From Epiperipatus broadwayi (Eukaryota; Animalia; Onychophora): a DNA stretch of 64,000 nucleotides. Location: NCBI GenBank assembly GCA_028023455.1, contig JAQFVV010000006.1, positions 7,316,001 to 7,380,000 of the forward strand, written 5' to 3'. This document shows, in pieces, positions 37,894 through 50,391 of this stretch. The notes beneath the pieces are model-generated. The model searched no databases, was not told where the DNA came from, and saw only the letters and a program-made list of their open reading frames with translations. Positions within the stretch are counted from its first letter, which is position 1, and every line of letters starts with the position of its first letter. Both the position numbers and the translations under genes were made by a program.

Positions 37894-38937
37894 TTTATAT
37901 ATATATATTGACATAATTTCATATATTCTGTTAAAGTCTTTACTTTGGTTATCCATGATTTATTCTTCATTATTGAAATCCAAGCATGATAAATTATGAA
38001 CCCTTGCACATGATTGCATCTGCAAAATAAGGCCACCTCAGAACTATAATTAAATATGAAACCTAAATACTTCACAGCTGAACTACATGAGTTTTACTAG
38101 AAATGTGTTGTTATTATAGGAAAAGTAAATAATTCACAATCTGACACATTTTTCCAATTACACCTTTTTTAAAATTGTTATATTTTTACTTTTGCCAATG
38201 ATCTTATATAAAAAAAATTATAAATAAAAAATATATAAAATTTACTACTCCTGTAATGAAAGAATCTTCAGATCTGATGATTTGTGAAAAGCCGTACACT
38301 CATTCACTCTTTACATCATGTTTGGTAAGATTTTCAATTGTTGGAATAAAAAGCCCAGTATACCATTAGCTTCTGTTATACAGATTGCTTATCTTTTCTT
38401 CACTTTATTGTAGCTAAAGAAATTAACATATCTTCCAAAAGTATATTTTGCATATAAATTTCTAAATGATAAAAGTATTTTTAGAGTCCAAGGGCTAAGA
38501 AATTAGAAAAGAATCATTGATGGTCTAATTTGTCTCAGATTCTTTTTTTCATCTAAAAATTTAATATGGTCTTTTCATCATAAAGTCTAAGGTAAAAAAT
38601 AATTAAATGATATTGTTTAAATAAATAAAAAATCAAATTCTGTCATAAAAAAACATGGTATATATCATCTGAAAGTCAACAGAAAAATGAAAATAATGAT
38701 GTAACTCATGCTTACATAGTCCACACCTTTCTCCCACAAATTTGAAAAGAAGACAAAGTAATTTTAAAATAGTGGCATTGTTATATTGAGCCACAAACCA
38801 TTAAGCTAATATAAAATAGAATTTAGTTACATTATCATTAAAATTCATAGTTAAATTTTAATATCAAATTGAATATTTCAAGTCTATTTAATTAAAAGTT
38901 ACTATTATGTTTGCTATAATTTCAAATGATATCCTGA

Positions 38938-38979
38938 GTAGCTGATGACATCATTTGATTGACAGAAACATGATCCTGC
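38938..38979 (+). ncRNA. Minimal hammerhead motif (family 2, second copy)
   Basis: GUAG-CUGAUGA-CAUCAUUUGAUUGACA-GAAACAUGAUC-CUGC; the two copies imply consensus stems GUAG/CUAC and UGUCA/UGACA. Confidence 0.45.
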
Positions 38980-39796
38980 AAGATGTTACATGATTTTTCA
39001 TCACATATTACCATATAAAAGAATTTAAAATAAACAAAAATAAAATTGTTTGACTTTTCTTTTCAACTTTTTAAAATATTTATTTGAATAAAAAATATTT
39101 ATTGCTAATTAGGCAAAAATAAAATAAAAATATCTAAAAGTAAACTTTGATCAACTTTTATTGAAAAAAAAATCTTTTTATTTTCCTGTTAACAGAAATA
39201 AAAAAACCCTTTAATTTTTTCTAGAAATAAAAAATTCTAATTATTTTACTATTTAGTTTATAAACAGACTATGATTTTCAGAAATCCAGACATACATACA
39301 TAAGCCAATCTTAGCATATGCAAAACATTTAAGAATATGATGTGTGGGAACACAACCTTCAATTCATGCATGTCTCATGCTGTGCGAACATCTCTTATAA
39401 TATATTGCAGTGTTTATTTTCATTTAATAAAATATATATTTTGCACCATGGATAAAGAGGAACTATATCTGAAGGAGAAATGTAAATTATGAAAAAGTTG
39501 ACTTACATTAAGAAGTCATCAAACAGATGAATTACATAGGTCAAAGACAGTTTGTATTTAACATATAGTATCTTTTATTTGTGTATATATATTATAATGA
39601 CAGTATATCTAGGATTTATATAATATGTAAAAACGTAAAGTTAGATAGTTTAAATAGGTAAAAAAAAAGTCTTTATAATAAAAGAATTAAAGCCAATAAG
39701 TAAAAAAATAAATTAAATTAGTATAATATATATATATATATATATTGTGCCCTTATCTATCTTCAGATCTCACCCTTATATTAGAATATATATATA

Positions 39797-40311
39797 TAAG
39801 GGTGAGTCAAAAATTATCAGCACTCCAGGGAAAATATTGGAATATTGTCAGGAAAAAGATTCAACAATCAATAGTGCCCATTATAGAAAGATGCATACTG
39901 AAAAGCTGAAGCCTAAAATTCAGATAAAACACAGAGGAATGCTAACAATGGGCATTGTATTGTTGCATGACAGCAGCACATGCACACTGCTATCCACTCT
40001 GATGACACTCTCCATTAACTCCAATCTTAATCTGGCCCCATCGGACTAAACATGTTTGCTCCCCTGAAAGAAACCCTCTGAGAATAAAAGTTCATGTCTG
40101 ATGTTTTGGTAAAGAGAATAGTACATTGTGTTTAGATCTTAGTCTAAACCATTTTTAATGAGGGAGTACAAAAACTTATTGAACAGATGAACAAAGTGTA
40201 TTGAAAAATCAGGGAAATTACATAGAAAAATGATGTATTTATTCTTTGCTGAAAGCTGATTAAAATAAATTCTACAGTCAGAGTGTGAATAATTTTTAAT
40301 TCACCCTGGTA
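39797..40311 (+). mobile_element. Internally deleted, decayed mariner (DD34D) transposon
   Basis: Imperfect TIRs AGGGTGAGTCAAAAATTATCAGCACTC / GAGTGTGAATAATTTTTAATTCACCCT in TA context; C-terminal transposase remnants TINSAHY...GIVLLHD...LAPSD, then HMFAPLKE and GNYIEK. Confidence 0.88.
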
Positions 40312-41301
40312 CCTTTAAAACCGTATATGCAACAGTAAGTTATTCATATAAGCCAAGTTATAAAGAAATGTCAGATCAATGAACCAGTTTTAATTCCGAA
40401 ATCTATGAATTTTATTGACTGATCAAAGGATTTAAATCAAACTTAATACAACAGACTCTACAGACGTAAAAAATATAACAAGGTAACAACAGTAGATTTT
40501 AAGATTAACTGTGGTGTGAGCAGACATAAAATTTGCACTACATTAGAGTAGAATTCTTCACTAAATAAATAAATGATACTTTATTATGTAATTTAATTAA
40601 ACACTTCATATCCAATTTGCGGTAATTAAATATTTAAGGATTTTTTTTATTGTAAAGTAAGGATCTCATAAAATCAAATGTTATAAATTTGAAGTTAGTA
40701 AAAAAAGTGTTTACAAGTTAATGTTTTGTGTGTGTGCGCGTCCAATTTCTTTTTTTAAAATTAAATTAAACATTAAGAAAGATTGATTGAAAACAAAATA
40801 TTTTTTGATAAAACATGTAGTGTTTCTTTCAATTTCAGATCAACATTGGTTGATTGTGTTGGTGGACTGTAGGAGTATAAAAAAAACCTTAAACAAGCTA
40901 GACCAAAATTAGATGAGCCACTAGGTATTTCAGTTGCTAGTTACTAAATCAATTGAAGTGGAAGTGGCGATTGATGAAACTAAGATGAATTATCAGAGGT
41001 TTGCGCAAAGAGAGAGCTAGTTATTTTAAGGCATTGAATATATAATTTACCAAAAAATTAGCAAAAGTGACCATACAAAAAAGAAGAAATTTTATATTTG
41101 CTGACAGAATCAAGGTAAGCTAATGTTGAAATCCACAAGTTATCAATTATTATTTCGATTATGACTATGACAAAGCTGTACCTTATCTAATATCTGGAAA
41201 TGTAATTGTTGGTGGACGAGTAGATATAAGGCCTAAAATGCATAGTCTTCCCACTGTCTATCCTAGTGGTTTTATTGCCTGGGAGTTCATAAGCAGTTCG
41301 A

Positions 41302-41440
41302 CAGCCAGATTTGTGAATACCAGAATCGATCCGGGACCTCCCAATCCCAAATCGGATGCTCTACTAATTTGATGCAATAGGTAGAACATCAGACTTAAGA
41401 TCAGAAGGTCCCAGGATCGATTCTGGCACTCACAGCTCTG
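41302..41440. repeat. Inverted (head-to-head) pair of tRNA-Phe-like SINE heads
   Basis: GGTAGAACATCAGACTTAAGATCAGAAGGTCCCAGGATCGATTCTGG resembles tRNA-Phe from D-loop to T-arm; reverse-complement copy immediately to the left. Confidence 0.55.
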
Positions 41441-41835
41441 ACATTAAAATTTCTTATATGAATATCTAAGCTGTAAAGCCATATGCCTTTCTATTGTCTA
41501 TCCTACACATGAAACGTCCCAAAGTTGACAGCCATCTGTACAAATTGAAATTCAGAAAAATATAATGGCTTAAATTTTTTACTGCGAAGACACTGAACTT
41601 GCAAAGGATAAAATTAAGCAAACCTATTAATATGGAATTCGATGTGAGGAAAATAAAAATCTGCATAGTGAAAATAAAAAAGTGATAATAAGTTAATAGC
41701 AAATGGCAATACTAAACAAGGGTAAGAGATCAATGTAAATTGTATTTGTAAAATCTTCAATCATTATTATTAATTAAAAATTTTTCACGATGCCAGCATT
41801 CAATTAATAATAAAAGAGACAATAGATATATTCTT

Positions 41836-41927
41836 CTTTTTTTTTCATATGTCAGAGCTTCGGCTGGGAAGCGAATCCAGGACAACTGTTTGGAAAGCAG
41901 CTATGCTAACCTCTAGGCCACCAATGC
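41836..41927 (-). pseudogene. Full-length but mutated tRNA-Gly(TCC)-derived copy with the same trailer and A-tail
   Basis: GCATTGGTGGCCTAGAGGTTAGCATAGCTGCTTTCCAAACAGTTGTCCTGGATTCGCTTCCCAGCCGAAGC then tctgacatatg(A)n; B-box and acceptor stem damaged. Confidence 0.75.
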
Positions 41928-42029
41928 TTGACAAATTTATTTTTCTCTTTTTTTTTTCCAGTGATGAAAGTTTATTCATCAAAAAACAAATAGACAACAG
42001 TTAAAAAAAGGTTTACAAAGAGGTGATTA

Positions 42030-42570
42030 CATGGTTAAATGAAATTCAGGAAGAACATGGTGAAAGGAGAAGGATACATATGAAAGGGATGTGGAAAGGG
42101 TGTGTAGTCCAGGCCAAGAAAAGTCTTTGGTTACAAGTCCAAGATGCACATCCTTGTTGAGTGAGCAACTGCATGGGTCACAAACATTTAAATGGATGAG
42201 TTCTGTGATAGAGGCTGAGAGGATGGGAGTTGGGGGATTGCCCAGGTGTCTGTGAGGAAAGGAGGTGAGGTTAGGTTGGTATCTCTGGTTTTGAGAGAGC
42301 AAGTTAGGTCCAGTAGTTTTTGATTCACGGAGTATACTCTCTGGTCAAAAATAATAGCACATCAGAGGAGCCAGAGTGCATACACGAGGAAAACTGATAA
42401 TCTGATGGTCACAAAGACACCTGTTTCAATGGATCCTCGGAGATTGAAGATGGTGTCCCTGTGCGAGGAAAGGCAGGAGTTGATGACACCTTTCACTCCA
42501 AGCAAAAAGGGGCATCCGAATAAGAAGTGCTGGAGGGTTTCATTGTCGGTTTTAGAGAGCTGGCATAGGG
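42030..42570 (-). mobile_element. Decayed LINE ORF2 C-terminal zinc-knuckle region
   Basis: CQLSKTDNETLQHFLFGCP (about 42509-42565) fits the ET-x2-H-x4-CP motif; GC-richer than flanks. Confidence 0.45.
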
Positions 42571-42678
42571 GAAATTTATTTTTCTCTTTAAACTATATTC
42601 TTTCTTAAATTAAAAATACATTCCATTAACTCATTGTATCTAATTAACAAGTGATTTTTGTGCAGTACATGTGTATAT

Positions 42679-42850
42679 GATTGAAGAGATTTGTATGGAT
42701 AAGTAAAGTAGGAAATACAGCCCGAGATACGCACAGATAAGCATCCTATATAACACTGATCGATGATTGAAGAGATTTGTATGGATAAGTAAAGTAGGAA
42801 ATACAGCCCGAGATACGCACAGATAAGCATCCTATATAACACTGATCGAT
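42679..42850. repeat. Perfect 86-bp tandem duplication
   Basis: 42679-42764 identical to 42765-42850. Confidence 0.9.
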
Positions 42851-44153
42851 GCATCTGTATAAGCATGCAAATGTGATTTGTGTACTTAAAAACGTTTTTT
42901 ATCACTTTTTTTCTGACATTGTAACTTGATTAAAGTGATCTTTTAAAAAATTAATAATAGGAGTTATATCCATCTTTGGTTCCATTTTCGATCTGTTGTA
43001 TAGCATATATTCCGATTTCTATAATGATAAACAATATAGCGATTTATATATCTGTAATATTGTGGAAGGAACTATTCCTCACACATGCGCTATAATTGCC
43101 CTATGGTTTTAAAATAATTATTGATGAGAGAGTGCATGTCAATTCTAACTATTCTGGTTTAATTATGGTTCAATTGGCATATAATAGAGAGTTTCCAAGT
43201 CCTTCAAATTGTGATTGACCAATGATAGCTTTAGTAGAAGTGAAATAAATATTCAGGGGATAACGAGACTAGGCAAATCAGCCCTTCAAACAAAAATTGG
43301 TTTTGGAGAATAGAAAAGCATTCTAACCACCAAATGTTTTATGACCTATCAAATAAATAAGTGAAAGCAATTACTGCTAGGGAAATACAACCCTTCATCA
43401 CTATATTTCATTGAGATCATACTTTGAATAATCAAATTAAGTGAACCAATGATAATGGATTGTTCTACCAATAATTCAATTTCTAACCAGGGTTGTACAG
43501 GATGGACATATTTTTTTTTAATATTATGCATAAGCAACAAGATAGAACATGGTCCATTAGTTAAACAATTGACTTTCAAATGCCCAGCTGGTACTTATGG
43601 GTGTTAGTTTATCATTTCCCCCTGTTTGTCTATTCTAGTTACCATAAAACATATGAACATGTGGTGCCATAATCAAGGTTGTTCCTTCCAAAATATTATG
43701 GCATATCAGAGTATTCTTTCATTATTCACTCTAGTACAGTATATAAGTAAACAAACTACAATGAAACGAGCTAATCTTACTTAAAATTAAATCAACAGAT
43801 ATATCAATAGAAGAGATCTAAAAGAAATTGCTTATCTACTTTTCATAATCATAAGAGGAATTGTAGACATAATTTTTATACACACACAAAAACAAACAAT
43901 GCATCAAATAAGGTCATGTGAGAATCTATTGGAACTTTTCTATATAAATATGGTTTCATATATATACATAGGATTACAGTGCATGTCAACCAAACAATAT
44001 TACAATTTGACTCTGATACAGAAACACATACACAAATATACTTATTTGTTGCATTATCAACACTATAACACATAAATAGAATGAAGAATACCACTCTATT
44101 TTATTACATAAATAAATAAGAATTAAAAAAAACTGTACAATATATATATATAT

Positions 44154-45944
44154 TGTAACGGAAATACGATTAAATGTCGTTCCTTTTTATTTATATATAA
44201 TACGGATTCTTAAATTCAAATCATCCACCTTCCATTACTGCAAGCAAAGAAAACATATGGACATAAACGAATCTATATCCATACTTGACTGAACCCATGA
44301 CCATACAGATATTGCCCCAGGTTATCTTTCCCGGTCAAACGTTTCTCGACTGCTGTAATTATTAAAGAATTACAGTGCTTAAATAAATTATAAATTTAAA
44401 GGGATCAGAATTACCGTACCACTAGCCTCACATGTTACTTAGTACTCAAAAATGGAGTAATAAGTATAACCCAAACCCCTTCAGAAACAGACAAAATAAT
44501 TAAGGAATATTTAATATAATAAATAAATAAGAAAAAAGAATTCAATTGATATATTTACATACAATAAAAAAAATCATTTGATATAATGCTACGATTAAGT
44601 GTATGGTTTAAATCCTATAAATGATTATAATTTACGAAAATAAATTATCCATTTACAGTTGTCATTCCAAGTATTAGAAAGAGTTTAATTATTGTCTATC
44701 TCATTAATATCTGGAATTTGCAATTGCTTTAAATCAAAAGTATGTGCACATGTGTTCTATATAGGTGTGATATGTAATTTACCTAGGTTTTTCTTTATCT
44801 CCGATATGAGTTAAGGTCCTGCTGACCGTCATGTGGAATTCATCCACTTCTTAAGCAGAGACGGCCGTTCTTAGGTTGGATTTGGTTTGTGAATTTCTTC
44901 TTATCTGGAGTGACTTCTCCATACTAGGACATCAAGGGCATGGCAGGTGGATCATCAGGCAGGCGCTACACTGGCAGTTGTTACATGACGAAGGTGACTG
45001 TGCGAGCACGATGGGTCTGAATCAGCCAGCAATCATGATGGCCCTTAAGCTACACATCTTTGAAGCTTTGCTTATGTTGTAAATCATTTTCCTGTTCATA
45101 CAGTGTTCAGTCTTCTACATCGAGGTCCTTTCACTTAGCTCCTGGTTTTTTTCTTTTTTTAAATTTTAAAGGATTTTCATATCTGCTTCCTAGTATATTC
45201 TAATCTGCTTATTATCAGAGCAGTGTCCTCACCGAAGTCTCCATGTGAATTCCTTTTTACAATCAATTCATTACTGTCTTTTTCCAAATTCTTTCATTAT
45301 CTTGATCTTTTTGTTTGTAGCTTTCCTTTCACACCTTTCACTTTAAGACACCTTCAACATCTTATATACATTTACTTTTTCATACAATTTCGTAGCAATA
45401 TTTTACATTTATTTCTTACTTATTTTCTTTTTCTTTTTTTTTCATAAAATTATTTTCATTTGATCTGCATTAAACATTGCTCTCTTTATACATACTTTCA
45501 CACCTGCATTTCTTTTTTCGCCAAAATGTGTACGTTTTTGGAATAGATCTTTATCTTTTGTCATATTTTAAATTCTATTTCTAATCTCATTTAAACTCCT
45601 CAATTTTTCCTTTTTCCTTTTATAAATCATTTTTTAGTTCCTATCTCGTTTATATTTCCTTTCTCATTTTTGATTTTAAACCAAATATACGATTTCAATA
45701 TTTCTAACTTTACTTCTTATATTTTCAAAATATACACTTTGGAGGGTAAAAGATACGAATCTTGTTCGATTCCATTTCCCTCTCTTTCATTTCATTATAG
45801 TAATAAATTGCAACATTATCTTTCTTCATTGGTTAAATTCTTTTATTTGTTTTTTCTTTCTATTTCGAAAAGAAAACTACACTATTTAATATTGTTTAAT
45901 ATTAAATATATACATGTGTGATTGCAGTATGTGCGATCATCACA
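44154..45944. mobile_element. 1.8-kb element, probable solo LTR of a third family
   Basis: TGTAAC...CATCACA termini, each abutting a TA run with ATAT; non-coding. Confidence 0.55.
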
Positions 45945-47701
45945 ATATATATATATATGCAAAATCATTATATAAAATATATTAATCAAAAATGGAAATT
46001 TAATCTATTATGCAATTCTTTCATATATTTTTAAGTAAATCATATAATATATCATTATATAGCAGCAATAATTATATATATATATATATATTATAAGAAT
46101 ATATGAAAACAATCAACACTTAAACATTATCAATACCAATAACAATCAATAATCTCAATCTATTGTCAAGGCAACCTCATTTTAACAATAAAGGTGGAAA
46201 TCCACCTTTATTTATGATCTGATATGTTTATATAGACACTGAATATTGGACCTTGACAACAGAGAATGGAATTATTAATTCAAAGAAGTTTAAATAAACC
46301 TCACTAAACAGATAAATATAACCTGTTCTGAACAAAGATAAACAAATAGTTAGGTTATAATTTTCAAACTGCACTCCAACTATGTATTACTTAAATAATA
46401 AAGCTTATAATACTCAAGACTAGACAGGTTTATAAAATGAAATACATAAAAGCAATCAACATTTATTACCAATTAACAATCTCAAACTGTTGTCAAGGCA
46501 ACCTTATTTTGACAACAAAGATGGAAATCCATCTTTATCCATGGTCTAGTAAGTTTTCATAGACACTAAAAATAGCACCTTAACTACAGACAGTGAAATT
46601 ATTAATACAAAAAAGTGTTTTTGGCAAATATTTTTTGCCCTTATCAATGTAATGTAAACTATTTTAAAGCTTCAATTTACATTACATACTTAGTGACATC
46701 TACTTTTTTTATATATAAAATTAACTAGAACCAATAATAATAATAATAATAAAACAATTCAAGTGATTAAAAAAATAACATATGCAGTAAAAAGAAATTC
46801 CTTTTTTTTCTCTTCCTCCCCCTTCCTTTCTCAATACAACATATATTTATTATAATTTTTCATTCATTTTTATCTAATTATTAATTAAATTAATTGATGT
46901 TTTATATATATTTATACAGTTATGTTTGTTGTAGTTTAATATATTTTTCTTCTATTAAGGTCTTTAATATAGTTTAAAGGTTTGATATTTTTTTACAAAA
47001 TCTATTTTATGTTCAAATTTTAAATAGTGAATATATAATACTGATTTTTCAAATCTTCTATTAATTATATTATTATGTTATTTTGATCTTTCATCTAATT
47101 ATTTCCCTGTATGTCCATAGTCAATTATATAGCCATTTCTTGCAAAATTAATTTTATATACAATTTCTTTTTTATATTTTATATCATCTTTTATAATCGG
47201 ATGGGCAGAGGACTAATCAATTATTTGCAGGGATTCAAAGACAATGAACTGCCTTTAGTACTAATCAGAAGAAGAGAGACCCAATCCTTGGAGCTTCATC
47301 TGTGCACATGGACATATATGTTGGAGCAGATGGTCTCCCATGGCATAATGACTTCAAGTGTGGAGAGCTGACCTCCGAACATGAGAACAGTCAGCTAGGA
47401 CCCTTAAAGGTCATAATTATCTTAATTATTATTTGTGTATGCCTTCAGGCTTTATAATATAAATAATTGTATATATGTTATTAGTTAAACGCTTTAATTG
47501 ATTGTATATTAAAATTTATCTTCATAATAATTGTTAGTTGTTATTGGCACTCGTGGAGGTGCATCCTATCTTACCTAGACATAGCAATTGGCGCAGTTGA
47601 CATTCTTCATAATTACATTTAACTAATAACATATATACAATTATTTACATTATTTTTTGTGATAAAGATTTTTTTTATATAAAACAAGCTATGGATAATA
47701 T

Positions 47702-48653
47702 GGTATTCTTTTGATAGCCAGGCATGGCCACTTCATGGCACTGTTTATTTGAAAAAACACATAAAAATGCCATTTATGCAGCTGTACTTATAGCTAATAC
47801 AACAGTTTTGTTGTATTAGCCATTTAGACCACTTGATGGCATTGCACAGTAAGATTATAGCTGTTTTGTGCTTCGTGACACTTCATGCAAATTCACACAA
47901 TTCACACATGGCTACCGTATCGTGTGATGGTGTTTGTATTTCAAGTGGGCATAATTTTTTAAATCTCGAAAACATAGTAATTTAATTTCTACTTAATCAC
48001 AAAGTCTGAATTACAAAGAATTGTCACACCGTCCCCTACACAATTTGAAATGTGGAAAACATTGGCAAAGAGTAGGGTGAACATGATTTCCCAGACATAA
48101 TGCGGAAAGTCATGTTTTCGTGAGTAAATGTACGAGAGAAATAAACCAAGGCTCCAGAATAATGTTTTTGAAAACTGTCTGTCTCGTATATTATTCTTGT
48201 GTATTATTTTTGTTATTATGCTAAAAAAAAATTGTTTTCCAGAAACTAATAAATAAAAAGACAACAAAATTTATTTTTGGTTTAGAAGAAGAAAAACCAA
48301 AAACCAAAAAAAAGGAGAACAAGATTTTATTAAAAAAAAAAATAATAATACAAATAGTAAAAAGTAAGAATTTTTTTTAAAAAATAACATAAAAAATTTA
48401 AAGACATAGCAGAAAAATAAAAGTGTCGAAAAAAAAAAAAGGTGTGATTGTTTTTAATTTTTGTTTTGAAAAAACCAAAAAAAAGTAGAACAAGATTTTA
48501 TTAAAAAAAAAATTAAAAAATAACATAAAAAAAATTTTTTTTAAAATTTTTGTTTGGTTTTATTAATAAAATGGTCCAGTAACATTACATTTGATTGTTT
48601 TTTCACAAAAACAACGCCATCAAGCGGCCATGCCCAGCTATCAAAAGAGTACC
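47702..48653. mobile_element. Copy 2 of the same TIR element, opposite orientation, lacking the ~18400-18660 segment
   Basis: GGTATTCTTTTGATAGCC...CTATCAAAAGAGTACC; the interior matches copy 1 as a reverse complement. Confidence 0.6.
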
Positions 48654-49384
48654 AATAATATTTATAATGAATTTAATAATATATATATATATTAAATTTA
48701 TAAAAGTGAAACTTAACATTAAAATTAAGTATTTAGATGTAGAGATTAATATAGATGATGATAACAAAATTATATTAAGAAATTTAATTAAAAATGATAA
48801 ATTATAAAAAACAATTACTATAGATTCATAAGAAGAATGGATAAAAAAGATAGCAGTTATTAACGATTTTAAAAATATAACTAATAAATATAATCCAGAT
48901 AAACATATAGTTAAGTTATAAAAGAAACACTTTATTGAATTATACAAAATTATGGATATAACCCTAAGAGTATTAAAAAAACATTTTCTAATTATAAACA
49001 ATCTAAATTAAGTAAGAATATTTCAACTCTAAATAATAATAATTGTAGAAATGATAGTTCTAATAAAAAATAGATACAATTTCTGTACTTCCCTAAAATT
49101 TATAATACATTAAAAAATAATAAAAATTATATAAATAACATAAATATAGAATGGGCAAATAATAAAAATTTAGACAAATCAATATATAAATATAAAATAA
49201 AACATAATATAAAAATATATAAAAAAGAATTGTAAATTAAATTAATTGGGGAAACTGCAATATGATTTACTATGGATACATTGGGAAACAATTAGATGAA
49301 AGAGCAAAAGAGCACAGCAATACAATTAGTAGAAGAAATGATAAACCTGCATTAATATGAACATAAAATAGATTGCGTAATCAA

Positions 49385-49467
49385 GCGTTGGTGGCCTAGT
49401 GGTTAGCATAGCTGCCTTCCAAGCAGCTGGCCCGCTGGTCAATGCATTTGAGATATGAAAAAAAAAA
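49385..49467 (+). pseudogene. Retroposed tRNA-Gly(TCC) copy lacking the T-loop, with trailer, A-tail and 20-bp TSD
   Basis: GCGTTGGTGGCCTAGTGGTTAGCATAGCTGCCTTCCAAGCAGCTGGCCCG-CTGGTCAATGCA; TSD AAAATAGATTG(C/T)GTAATCAA at 49365-49384 and 49464-49483. Confidence 0.8.
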
Positions 49468-50141
49468 TAGATTGTGTAATCAATATAAACAGTTAATCTG
49501 TATTAAAACAATTGATAAAGGAAAATTTATGAATCTAATTACTTTAACTATAACAAAAATAACTATATGTATAAATCATCAATTAATTAAATAATAATTG
49601 GCTAATTAAACACAAGTGTAAAATTATATATTTATATAGGATTTTTTTTGTCCATCTTGTATGATTGCTATAAGTAGTTTTGTTGGGTAAGGAAGAAAGG
49701 AGGAAAAGGGTGAAGAATTTTTTTATATTTACTTTGTATGTTTATTTGTAAGCATTTGGATTATTTTATTGGCAGTATTATTTTGTAATTCAACTATAAA
49801 TTATTGCGAGTTAACGTAACAAAAGACTGTTAATGAACACATATGCAGAAAAGGTAGATTTAAAAAAAAACAGCTTTATTATTATTATTGGTTCTAGTTG
49901 ATTTTATATCTAAAAAGGACAGATGTCACAACACATGCAATATAAATTGAAGCTTTAATTAAAATAGTTTACATCACACTGAGAAGGGCAAAAAATATTT
50001 GCCGAAAAAAGCTTTTATGTATTATTCTTATAACATATATACAATTGTTGCTGTTATATAATGGTATTTAATCGGCATTTATTAACATTTTAAAGCATAC
50101 AATTGTTATAAAAGAAAGAATAGATTGGGTTAGCAACTTAC

Positions 50142-50391
50142 TTCTTCTTCAATAAGTTCAGAATAACTTTGAAGCCATATTTCCACATCATTTAGTTCCC
50201 AGTTCATATAAATAATACTCCATTGAGCCAGAGGCCTATGTATAAGAGGCCCTTCAACAGGTATAATTGCTAAATCATATTCAGAGCTCAAACTAAGACT
50301 GTTTCCTTTCAGTTCCCAACCACGTTGTTTAGCAAATGACATCCAATAACAGACATGAAATTGGTGCAAATTAACAATCAGATGGATAGTC
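50142..50391 (-). CDS. BLTP2: hobbit/BLTP2 internal coding exon
   Basis: ttcacag|G ACT ATC...GAA GAA|gtaagt; TIHLIVNLHQFHVCYWMSFAKQRG...WSIIYMNWELNDVEIWLQSYSELIEEE (family YWxSFAxQRG); overlaps ORF 50130..50369. Confidence 0.92.

Noticed and set aside
38272-38290. CTGATGA-TTTGT-GAAA as another hammerhead
   Set aside because: No stem I, II or III pairing; chance match in AT-rich DNA.
41856-41927. Functional tRNA-Gly gene
   Set aside because: B-box (GGATTCGCTTC) and stems are mutated and an A-tail follows; treated as a retroposed pseudogene.
43781-43817. 37-nt segment with good minus-strand splice sites (ISSIDISVDLIL)
   Set aside because: Its phase is incompatible with the flanking hobbit exons, which are already joined by the 14001-14056 exon; no family similarity; cannot be called a poison exon without RNA data.
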